Assembly: GCA_035556435.1 (NCBI GenBank)
Contig: DATMEY010000032.1
Location: 48,720 to 112,719 of the forward strand
Direction of reading: 5' to 3'
Length of the DNA: 64,000 bases
From: Ilumatobacter sp.
GTDB taxonomy: Bacteria; Actinomycetota; Acidimicrobiia; Acidimicrobiales; Ilumatobacteraceae
In this document: one piece after another, positions 53,224 to 62,500 of the stretch
How the letters are laid out: the number at the start of each line of letters is the position of its first letter
Position numbering within the stretch: position 1 is the first letter of the stretch
Notes under the pieces: generated by a model
What the model was told of the DNA's origin: nothing
Database searches by the model: none
What the model saw: only the letters and a program-made list of their open reading frames with translations
Made by a program: the position numbers and the translations under genes

Positions 53224-54143
53224 GCGCGGCGTTCGGCACCGGAACCGGCGCGCCCCCTGTCGTGGAGGCCGCCGACGCGATGGCACCGTCGGCCACCACC
53301 GAGGGGGTTCTCCGGCGCCGGCTCGGATGGATGTTCTGGATCGCCTTGGCGTGGATCGTCGTGCTCTCGCTGGCCGCGATCTTGGCCCCGTGGCTGCCCA
53401 TTCGCGGCATCGAAGAGAAGCGCATCCTGCCCCCACCCGACTTCCCGCCGTACTCGCCGTCGGGCGACTTCTGGTTCGGCAGCGACACGCTCGCCCGCGA
53501 CATCTTCGCCCGCACCATCTACGGCGCCAGGGTGTCGCTGGTGGTGGGCTTCGCAGCGATCGGGTTCGGCATGATCGTCGGCGGCTCGCTGGGCATCATC
53601 GCCGGCTACTTCCGGGGGTTGGCCGACCGGCTGATCTCGTTCGTGTTCATCATCGCCTTGTCGTTCCCGTCGCTAGTGCTGGCGATCCTGATCACGTCGC
53701 TCGTCAACCGCAGCCTGTTCACCGTGTCGGCCACGCTCGGCGTGCTCGCGATCGCACCCGTCGGGCGGCTCGCCCGGGCCACCACCATCCAGTACGCCGA
53801 TCGCGAGTTCGTGGTCGCCGCCCGCACCATCGGCGCCAGCCACACCCGCATCATCGTGCGCGAGCTCTTGCCCAACGTGGTCATCCCGATGGGCGCGCTC
53901 GGCCTGCTCGGCATGGCCGTGGCGATCGTGGCCGAAGGCAGCCTGGCCTTCCTCGGGCTGTCGGTCGAAGATGGCGTGACCTGGGGGAAGGTGATCGTCG
54001 ACGGTGCCGGCAGCCGAGAGCTGCAAGAGGCGCCCTGGATGGCCTTCAGCCCGATCCTGATGCTGTTCATCACCGTCCTCGCCCTCAACTACTGCGGCGA
54101 CCGCCTGCGGGCACACTTCGACGTCAAGGAGATCAGTCTGTGA
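53220..54143 (+). CDS. Opp/Dpp-type ABC permease (DppC/OppC-like)
   Basis: The GTG at 53220 overlaps the upstream stop (GTGA). Motifs FGSDTLARDIFARTIYGARVSL and EFVVAARTIGASHTRII are typical of OppC/DppC. Confidence 0.85.
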   Translation: MSAAFGTGTGAPPVVEAADAMAPSATTEGVLRRRLGWMFWIALAWIVVLSLAAILAPWLPIRGIEEKRILPPPDFPPYSPSGDFWFGSDTLARDIFARTIYGARVSLVVGFAAIGFGMIVGGSLGIIAGYFRGLADRLISFVFIIALSFPSLVLAILITSLVNRSLFTVSATLGVLAIAPVGRLARATTIQYADREFVVAARTIGASHTRIIVRELLPNVVIPMGALGLLGMAVAIVAEGSLAFLGLSVEDGVTWGKVIVDGAGSRELQEAPWMAFSPILMLFITVLALNYCGDRLRAHFDVKEISL

Positions 54144-55243
54144 CCAGCGCGCCACAGCTCCAGACCGAACGGCGTCAGGGCACCGACGGCCCGCTGCTCG
54201 ACGTCACCGACCTGAAGACCCACTTCCGGAGTGAGCGCGGGCTGGTACGGGCCGTCGACGGCGTCACGTTCTCGCTCCAGCGCGGCAAGTCGCTCGGGGT
54301 GGTCGGCGAGTCGGGCTCGGGCAAGACGGTGCTGTCGCGCACCATCATGGGCCTGTTGCCGTCGACCGCGGTGCTGTCGGGGTCGGTCCGGTTCGCCGGA
54401 CAAGAGGTGCTTGGCCTCGACTCGCGCCAGCTGCGCCACCTGTGGGGCCGTGAGATGTCGATGGTGTTCCAGAACCCGATGGTGTCGCTGAACCCGTTGA
54501 TGCGGGTGGGCCACCAGATCGCCGAGCCGCTCCAGATCCACCTCGGCATGGACAAGCCGGCCGCGCTCGAGTACGCCGTCAAACTGCTCGACGACGTGCG
54601 CATCCCCGAGCCGCACAAGCGGGTGCGCCAGTACCCGCACGAGCTGTCCGGCGGGATGCGCCAGCGCGTGATGATCGCGATCGCGATGGCCTGCGGGCCC
54701 ACGTTGCTGTTCGCCGACGAGCCCACCACCGCGCTCGACGTCACCGTGCAGGCGCAGATCCTCGAACTGATCAACGAGCAGCGCCAGGAGCGCAACATGT
54801 CGGTGGTGCTGGTCACCCACGACCTCGGCGTCGTCGCCGGGCACACCGACGAGATCGCCGTCATGTACGGCGGGAGGCTGGTCGAGAAGGCGCCCACCAA
54901 GCAGCTCTTCGCGAACATGAAGATGCCCTACACCAAGTCGCTGATGCGCAGCATCCCGCGGCTCGAAGATGCCAGCCACACCCGGCTGCTCACCATCCCC
55001 GGACGCCCGCCCGACCTCGTCAACCCGCCCAGCGGCTGCCGGTTCGCACCCCGATGCGCGTACGCCCGCGAACGGTGCACGGTCGAGGAGCCACCGTTGG
55101 TGACCGCCCCGGGCACGAGCGACCACACCTACGCCTGCTGGTACCCGGTCGGTTCTCCCGAGTTCGCCGAGCGCGACGAGCAGATCATGAACGACCTTGC
55201 CGCCGGCACCGTCGCCGCATCAGCATCCAGGGCGGCCGGCTGA
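54140..55243 (+). CDS. Opp/Dpp-type ABC ATP-binding protein (DppD/OppD-like)
   Basis: GTGA overlap start. GESGSGKTV (Walker A), LSGGMRQR, LLFADEPTTALD and a C-terminal oligopeptide domain with PPSGCRFAPRC. Confidence 0.9.
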   Translation: MTSAPQLQTERRQGTDGPLLDVTDLKTHFRSERGLVRAVDGVTFSLQRGKSLGVVGESGSGKTVLSRTIMGLLPSTAVLSGSVRFAGQEVLGLDSRQLRHLWGREMSMVFQNPMVSLNPLMRVGHQIAEPLQIHLGMDKPAALEYAVKLLDDVRIPEPHKRVRQYPHELSGGMRQRVMIAIAMACGPTLLFADEPTTALDVTVQAQILELINEQRQERNMSVVLVTHDLGVVAGHTDEIAVMYGGRLVEKAPTKQLFANMKMPYTKSLMRSIPRLEDASHTRLLTIPGRPPDLVNPPSGCRFAPRCAYARERCTVEEPPLVTAPGTSDHTYACWYPVGSPEFAERDEQIMNDLAAGTVAASASRAAG

Positions 55244-56283
55244 TGGCCGGTACCGGCAAGGCCCACCTGCGCGACGACGCCGACGACATCGTGCTGCGCG
55301 TCGACGACCTCGTCGTCGAGTTCCCGATCGGCCGGAGGGCCGGCCGCAGAAAGGTCGTGGTGTCGGCGGTGGCCGGCATCAGCTTCGACGTACGCAAAGG
55401 CGAGACACTCGGCATCGTGGGCGAGTCGGGGTGTGGCAAGTCCACCACCGGCCGGGCGGTGATGCAGATCAGCCGCCCCACCGGTGGCTCGGTCGTGTTC
55501 GAGGGCGCCGACCTCACCGCGCTGCCCGCCGAGGTGCTGCGCGAGGCACGCACACGAATCCAGATGATCTTCCAAGACCCGATCTCGTCGCTGAACCCGC
55601 GACGCAAGGTCTACGACAGCGTGCGCGAGCCGCTCGACATCTGGGGCCGCGGCACCGACGCCGAACGGGCCACACTGGTCGACGAGGTGCTCGAACACGT
55701 CGGCATCGACCCCGAGCGGGCCGCCGAAAGCCGCCCACATCAGTTCTCGGGCGGCCAGTGCCAGCGAATCTCGATCGCCCGTGCGCTGGTCCTTGACCCG
55801 AGCCTGATCATCTGCGACGAGCCCGTCTCGGCACTCGACGTCAGCGTGCAGGCCCAGGTCATCAACCTGCTCGAAGATCTCAAGGCGCAGTACGGCCTGA
55901 CCCTGATCTTCATCGCCCACGACCTCGCCGTCGTCAAGAACATCAGCGACCGGGTGGCCGTGATGTACCTCGGCAAGATGTGCGAGGTGGGCTCCAGCGA
56001 GGCGCTGTACAGCGAGCCGGCGCACCCCTACACCGAGGTGCTGCTCAACTCCATCCCGGTGCCCGACCCCGAGCACGAAGCGGTCGCGGTCGACCTCGAT
56101 GGCGAACTGCCGTCGCCCGTCAACCCGCCCGCCGGATGCCGGTTCCATACGCGTTGTGCGTACGCCGACGAGGTGTGCCAGACCAGCGAGCCGGTGATGC
56201 GCCAGGTCGGCGACGCCGGCCGCGACCACTACGTCGCCTGCCACCATCCGCTGGTTCCGGCGGTGGCGGTCGCGGTCGGCTGA
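55243..56283 (+). CDS. Opp/Dpp-type ABC ATP-binding protein (DppF/OppF-like)
   Basis: TGATG overlap start. GESGCGKST, FSGGQCQR, LIICDEPVSALD and PPAGCRFHTRC. Confidence 0.9.
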   Translation: MAGTGKAHLRDDADDIVLRVDDLVVEFPIGRRAGRRKVVVSAVAGISFDVRKGETLGIVGESGCGKSTTGRAVMQISRPTGGSVVFEGADLTALPAEVLREARTRIQMIFQDPISSLNPRRKVYDSVREPLDIWGRGTDAERATLVDEVLEHVGIDPERAAESRPHQFSGGQCQRISIARALVLDPSLIICDEPVSALDVSVQAQVINLLEDLKAQYGLTLIFIAHDLAVVKNISDRVAVMYLGKMCEVGSSEALYSEPAHPYTEVLLNSIPVPDPEHEAVAVDLDGELPSPVNPPAGCRFHTRCAYADEVCQTSEPVMRQVGDAGRDHYVACHHPLVPAVAVAVG

Positions 56284-56369
56284 CGCCACGATTGGACACG
56301 GGCGCCAGTCCCGGGTCAAATGTCACCCGGCGGACGCCTTGGGGAGGCGCCGCCAGAAGGGGGACACCT

Positions 56370-58175
56370 ATGTCGACCGTGTGTCGGGCCGCGGCCGCGG
56401 CCATCACGATCGCGCTGCTCGCCGGAGCGTGCGCAGGAGACGACGACGACACCGCGTCGCCGGCCGCCACCGCTCGGGCAACCGATGCAACGGCGCCGTC
56501 GGCGAGCACGCCGTCGGGCGACACCACTGCCACTGCCACCGACACCGACACCGGCGCCGAACGGCTGGCGACCAGCCCGGCACCGACACGCGATCCGATC
56601 GTGGTCACGCTGCCACCCGACACCATCCCCGACCCGGTCACCGGAGGCACGTTCCGGTTCGGGCTCAACGCCGAGGTCGACGGGCTCAACCCCACCGCGT
56701 CGGCGCTCACCGCCGCGGCGGGTGTGGCGATGGCCGCGGCCGTGTTCGACAAGCTGGCCGAGTTCACCCCCGATGGCGTCGCCGTGCCGTACCTCGCCAG
56801 CGCGTTCACGCCGAACGACGACTTCACCACGTGGGACGTCACCCTCCGCGAGGGCGTCACGTTTCACGACGGCACCCCGCTCGACGCCGAGGCCGTCCGC
56901 TACAACTTCGCCGCCCAGTACGACAATGCGCTGGTGGGCCTGGCGCTGCGCACCTCGTACGCCGGCCCCGATTCGGCCGAGGTGATCGACCCGCTCACCG
57001 TGCGCTTCCATCTGCTCGAGCCGAACGTGTACTGGCCGGCGGTGATGGCCTCGCAGCTGGGCATGATGGCGTCGCCCACCTGGGTCGAAGCCGCCAAGCT
57101 CGACGCGACGTTGCATCAGCGCCCGGTCGGCACCGGGCCGTTCACGTTCGTCAGCCGCAGCGAGGACTCGGTCACCCGCTTCGAACGCAACCCGAACTGG
57201 TGGAACGGCTCGGTGTACCTCGACGCGGTCGAGTTCTTCCCGATCACCGAAGCCGCCACCCGCGGCGACCTGCTGCGCAACGGCGACCTCGACGGCTTCC
57301 ACTCGGTCGCCCCCGAGTCGATCCTTGCCTTCCGCGATGCCAGCGGATTCTCGGCAATGTTCAACGACGCCAGCGACGAGACGTTCTTCATGCTCAACGT
57401 CACCACCCCACCGTTCGACGACCTGCGCGTCCGCAAGGCGCTTGCGGCAGCCACCCCACGTCGCGACTACGTGACCCTGATCGCCCAGAACGTCGTGCGC
57501 CCGGCCGACCAGATGTTCATCCCCGAATCGCCGTACTACCACCCCGACGTGCGCCAGCTCGGCGACGACCCCGACCAGGCGGCGACGTTGGTGGCCGAGT
57601 ACTGCGCCGAGCGAGGCACCGAGACGAACCCGATCACGGGCACCCCGACCTGCACCGGAGGTCGCGTCAACTTCGAGTACCAACACACCGGACCCGAGGT
57701 GCTCCAGACGCGGATTGCCGACCTGGTCACCGATGCCTGGGGCGTGGCCTTCAACGTCACCCGACAGGAACTGCTCCAGGACGAACACATTCAGCAGACC
57801 GCCTTCGGCCAGTACAACGCCGTGATCTGGCAGGGCTTCGGGGCGGTCGAGCCGATGACCGAAGGCGTGTGGTTGTCGTGCCGCTCGATCGGTGGGCTGT
57901 CGTTGAACTTCCCCCGTGACTGCAACGAGGACCGCGACCAACTGTTGCTCCAGGCCCAGGCTGCCACCGACCGCGACGCCCGCATCGCCGCCTACCAGGA
58001 GATGGTGCAGATGATCAACGATGCCTACACGTACGTGTTCATGACGCACACGATGTGGGCGCAGGTGTTCTCCGACAACGTGCACGGGGTATGCGAACGC
58101 ACCACGCCCGAAGGCATCGCGTTGGCGTGCACCCAAAACAGCACGATCTGGCCGACCACGATCTGGTTGGGGTGA
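56370..58175 (+). CDS. Opp/Dpp-type ABC substrate-binding lipoprotein, paralog 3
   Basis: ATG at 56370. Sequence MSTVCRAAAAAITIALLAGACAGDDDD has a lipobox and a Thr/Ala/Asp linker. Same family-5 body as paralogs 1 and 2 but more diverged. Confidence 0.85.
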   Translation: MSTVCRAAAAAITIALLAGACAGDDDDTASPAATARATDATAPSASTPSGDTTATATDTDTGAERLATSPAPTRDPIVVTLPPDTIPDPVTGGTFRFGLNAEVDGLNPTASALTAAAGVAMAAAVFDKLAEFTPDGVAVPYLASAFTPNDDFTTWDVTLREGVTFHDGTPLDAEAVRYNFAAQYDNALVGLALRTSYAGPDSAEVIDPLTVRFHLLEPNVYWPAVMASQLGMMASPTWVEAAKLDATLHQRPVGTGPFTFVSRSEDSVTRFERNPNWWNGSVYLDAVEFFPITEAATRGDLLRNGDLDGFHSVAPESILAFRDASGFSAMFNDASDETFFMLNVTTPPFDDLRVRKALAAATPRRDYVTLIAQNVVRPADQMFIPESPYYHPDVRQLGDDPDQAATLVAEYCAERGTETNPITGTPTCTGGRVNFEYQHTGPEVLQTRIADLVTDAWGVAFNVTRQELLQDEHIQQTAFGQYNAVIWQGFGAVEPMTEGVWLSCRSIGGLSLNFPRDCNEDRDQLLLQAQAATDRDARIAAYQEMVQMINDAYTYVFMTHTMWAQVFSDNVHGVCERTTPEGIALACTQNSTIWPTTIWLG

Positions 58176-58254
58176 GGTTGCCGAGCGATCGCTCGCGCCT
58201 CCCAGCCGGCAGCACCCTCTACGGCCGGCGCGCGTCGCTACCATCTGGCCCCGC

Positions 58255-59586
58255 ATGACCGCCGACCCCGCTGCTGCCGACCCTGCCGCTGCCGACCCCG
58301 TCGCGGGCCGCTGGGCCACGCTGCGTCGCACCCCTTGGTGGCACCTGTTCGTGGCCGTGCTGCCGGCCTACGTCGTGTCGCGGCTGTGCGTGCTGGTGGG
58401 CGCCGCGGTGGTGGCGTCCGAGATTCGCGTCGACAACAACCTGGCGATCGCGAACGGCACGCCGGGCGACCCGCACAGCAGCCTCAACAGCGGCAGCGCG
58501 ATCCGGCCGATGGTCGACGTGCTGACGTCGTGGGACGGCAAGTGGTACATGGACATCGTCCGCAACGGCTACCCGCGGCGGGTCCCGCCAGATGTCACGT
58601 ACCACATCGACGAGGCCCGAGCCGCGTTCTTCCCGCTGTTCCCCATGCTCGGCCGGGCGGCCGACGCGGTGCTCCCGTTCGGCGACGTCGCCGCCGTGCT
58701 CGTGCTGAACCACCTGCTCGGCCTGCTCGCGGTGGTGCTGATCGGGCTGCTCGCGCAACGCATGTTCGGCGAACGGGTCGGGCGTACCGCGGCCGTGCTC
58801 GCCGCGGTGTTCCCGGGCAGCTTCGTGTTCTCGTTCGCCTACTCCGAGGCGCTGATGATCGCCCTCGCGGCCGGCACCCTGCTGATGCTCCACGAGCGCG
58901 AGTGGGTTGCTGCCGGGGTACTCGCCGCGCTGACCACGGCGGCGCGTCCTAACGGTGTGGCGATCGTGGTCGCCTGCGCGGTCGCCGCGGCGCTCGCGAT
59001 TCGGGAACGCCGCGACTGGCGGGCGCTGATCGCCCCCGCGCTGGCCCCACTCGGGTTCATCGCCTTCCAGATGTACGTCGGGGTGCATGCCGACGAGCCA
59101 GGCGTGTGGTTCCGCGTCCAGCGCGAGGCCTGGGGCGAAGGGGTCAGCTTCGGTTGGACGGCAGTGAAGAACACCGCTGAAGCCATTCTCCACCCGGTCA
59201 GCTCGCCCACCGACACGATCACCGCGATCAGCGTCGTCACGACCGTGGTGCTCGTCTGGCTGGCCTGGCGGGCCCGGTTGAGCTGGCCGATCTACGCGTA
59301 CTCGTGGACGGTGCTGGCGCTGATGCTCACCCCGGCCACCGTCACCGCCCGCCCGCGATTCTTGTTCACCGCGTTCCCGCTGTTGATCGGCGCCGCCAAG
59401 TGGTACGTGGAACGCCGCGAACTGCACGCCGCCGAGCACGACATCGCGTCCCCCGGCGCGGGCGCCGACGCCGGTTCGCGCCACGACGCCGGCGACGACC
59501 AACTGTGGACGTTGACGATGGTGGCCTGCGGCGCCGGCCTGGCCGTCCTCACCGGGCTCTACGGCGTGTTCGGCGCGATTCCGTAA
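58255..59586 (+). CDS. Polytopic membrane glycosyltransferase, PIG-V/mannosyltransferase-like
   Basis: SWDGKWYMDIVRNGY and FFPLFPML motifs with about 9 hydrophobic helices. The N-terminus has a short ADPAA x3 tandem repeat. Confidence 0.6.
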   Translation: MTADPAAADPAAADPVAGRWATLRRTPWWHLFVAVLPAYVVSRLCVLVGAAVVASEIRVDNNLAIANGTPGDPHSSLNSGSAIRPMVDVLTSWDGKWYMDIVRNGYPRRVPPDVTYHIDEARAAFFPLFPMLGRAADAVLPFGDVAAVLVLNHLLGLLAVVLIGLLAQRMFGERVGRTAAVLAAVFPGSFVFSFAYSEALMIALAAGTLLMLHEREWVAAGVLAALTTAARPNGVAIVVACAVAAALAIRERRDWRALIAPALAPLGFIAFQMYVGVHADEPGVWFRVQREAWGEGVSFGWTAVKNTAEAILHPVSSPTDTITAISVVTTVVLVWLAWRARLSWPIYAYSWTVLALMLTPATVTARPRFLFTAFPLLIGAAKWYVERRELHAAEHDIASPGAGADAGSRHDAGDDQLWTLTMVACGAGLAVLTGLYGVFGAIP

Positions 59587-62500
59587 TGCCCAGGCACCGT
59601 TCGTGGGTGCTGCTGGTGCTGCTCGCGTACGTGCCGGCGTTGTTGTCGGCCCCCGGGCGGATGCCGGCCGACAGCAAGCTGTACCTGTACCTCGACCCGG
59701 GGCGGCTGCTCCGCGACGCGGCCACCACGTTCGACCCGCACCAGTTCGCCGGCTGGGTGCCACACCAACACATCGCCTACCTCTGGCCGGCCGGGCCGTG
59801 GTTCTGGCTGTTCGACACGCTCGGGGTGCCCGACTGGGTGGCCCACCGGTTGTGGATCGGCACCCTGCTCGCAGCGGCCGGGCTGGGCGTGCGCTGGTGC
59901 GCCCGTGTGCTCGGTCTGGGGGCCCCCGCCGCACTTGCCGCGGCGCTCGTCTACCAGCTCTCGCCCTACCTCTTGCCGTACGTGTCGCGCACGTCGGTGA
60001 TGTTGCTTCCGTGGGCCGGCCTGGGCTGGATCGTCGGGCTGACGGTGCGGGCGACCCGTCGCGGCGACGCCCCCAGCCGCTGGGCTCGCTGGGGCGACCC
60101 GGCCGCGCTGGCGTTGGTGGTGCTGACGGTCGGTGCGGTGAACGCCACCGCGCTGGCGATGGTGGTACCCGCCCCCTTGTTGTGGCTGGTGCACTCGGTG
60201 TGGCTCGGCGACACGCGCTGGCGGGCGGCCGTCGGGGTCGCCGCACGTACCGCTGTGCTGGCAGTCGGGGTGTCGCTGTGGTGGGTGGTGATGCTCGTCA
60301 TCCAGGGGCGCCACGGCGGCGACGTACTGCCCTACTCCGAGTCACTCGCCGACGTCTCGTTTACGGCCACGTCGACCGAGGTGTGGCGGAGCCTCGGGTA
60401 CTGGCTGTTCTACGTCCGCGACCGGTTCGCGCCGACCACCACCGCGGCGCTGCCGTACCTGTCGTCGAGCCCGACGATCCTCGTCAGCTTCGCCGTGCCG
60501 GTGCTCGGCTTGATCGCGCTGGTCGCCGTGCGTTGGAGGCATCGCCGCTTCGCCGCGCTGCTGCTGGCGACGGGCCTGATCCTCGGCGTCGGCGTCCACC
60601 CGATCGACGAGCGCTCGCCACTGATGCGGACCTTCACCGGCAACGGCGACGAAGGCTTGGCCCTCGCGCTGCGCAGCAGTACCCGCGCCGTGCCGTTGGC
60701 CGTGCTCGGCCTCGCCCTGGCCCTCGCCGCCGCCGTCCAAGCGGTAGGTGGTTTCGACAGGCTCAACCACCGGTGGCCAAGGTGGTTGAGCCTGTCGAAA
60801 CCACTCAGCGCCCAATGGGTGGCTGCTGGGGTGGTGGGCGTTGTGGCGCTGGCGAACTTGCCGGCGTTGTGGCGGGCCGAGCTGGTCGACCCGGCGCTCG
60901 AACGCGACCCCGATCCGCCCGCCGCGTGGACCGCCGCAGCCAGCGCGCTCGACGACCCGGCGACGCGGGTGTTGCAACTACCCGGGCTGGAGTTCGGCGC
61001 GTTCCGGTGGGGCTATACGGTCGATCAGCCGTTGGCAACGATGGCGACCAGCGGGTTGGTCACCCGCGACCTGCTGCCACTCGGTGCTGCCGCAGCGATG
61101 GACCTGCTGTACGCGCTCGACGACCGGATTCAGGACGGCGTGCTCGAACCCGCGTCGGTCGCCACGCTCGCCAGGCTGCTCGGCACGAGCAACATCTGGC
61201 TCAGCAACGACGCCGCCTACGACCGCTTCGACGTCACCGCACCCGGCATCGTGCGTACCTGGCTCGACGCCGCGGCAGGCGTCGGCATGCCCACCGCGTA
61301 CGGCTCGCCCGAGCTCAACCACACCGAGGTCGAGATGGCCGACGCGCGGTACCTCGCCACGCCGGCCGTCACCGACCCGGCTGCGCCGGTCGTGCTCTAC
61401 CCGGTCGAGAGCCTCCCCCAGATCGCCCGGGCAGCGGCCGGCACGCTGGTGATATCCGGCAGCGGCGACGGGGTCGTCGACGCTGCCGCGGCCGGGCTGC
61501 TTCCCGAGCAGGCCGCGCTCGTCTACAGCGCGGCGATCGAGGCCGACGACCTTACGGCCACCCTCGCCGACGGCGACGGGCTACTCGTCACCGACTCGAA
61601 CCGCGCCCGAGCCCGGCACTGGCGCAGCAGCCAGGACACCACCGGGTTCACCGAGTCGGCCGGCCGTGACGGCGCCGCGCCCACCGAACTGACCGAACCT
61701 GCGGTGGGCGACGCCCGACTACCGGTGTTCGCCGATGCCGGCACTCCGGTCGACCCGGGCACGCAGACCACCGCCGAGCAACGTGGCCCGGTCGTCGCCC
61801 GCGCCAACACGTACGGCCAGCCGTTCGCGCTGCTGCCCGAGCACCGGCCGTTCATGGCGGTCGATGGCGACCCGGCCACGGCCTGGATCGCCGGTGAGCA
61901 CGGCGACCCCGTCGGGGCCGTGCTCGACCTCACGCTCACCGAGCCCGGGGTCGTGCCGACCACGCTCGTCACCGCGCAGTACGCGGGCGAGTCGGCCCAA
62001 CGCGAGATCACCGCGCTCAGCATCCGCGCCTACGACGCCACCGGTGAGCTGCTCGGCGAGCCGCAGTCCCTGACTCGCCAGGTTGGCGAGACCCCCTCAC
62101 CGTTCGACCAGGTCGCGCTTGACCTCCCGGCCGGCACGGCACGCATCACGCTGACGATCGACGCCGTCGAGGGTGGCCACCCCGGCACGGCTGGTGCCGT
62201 CGCCGGCGTCGGGTTCGCCACGGTCGACCTCGGCCTCGGCTCGACCACCGAGGTGGTGCGCACGCCGTCGGACGCGCTCGATGTCGTTGGCGCGGGCACA
62301 CCCGTGACGCTGTCGCTGACACGGCTGCGGGTCGACCCGGCCGACCGTTGGCGCGACGACCCCGAGCCGACACTGGTACGCGAGTTCGCACTACCGCAGC
62401 AGCGGGTGTTCACGGTGACGCCGACGGTGCGGCTCGACGCGCGAGCCGGCGACGAGCAGCTCGCCGGACTGCTGAACTGGCCGGCGTACGCCACGTCGCG

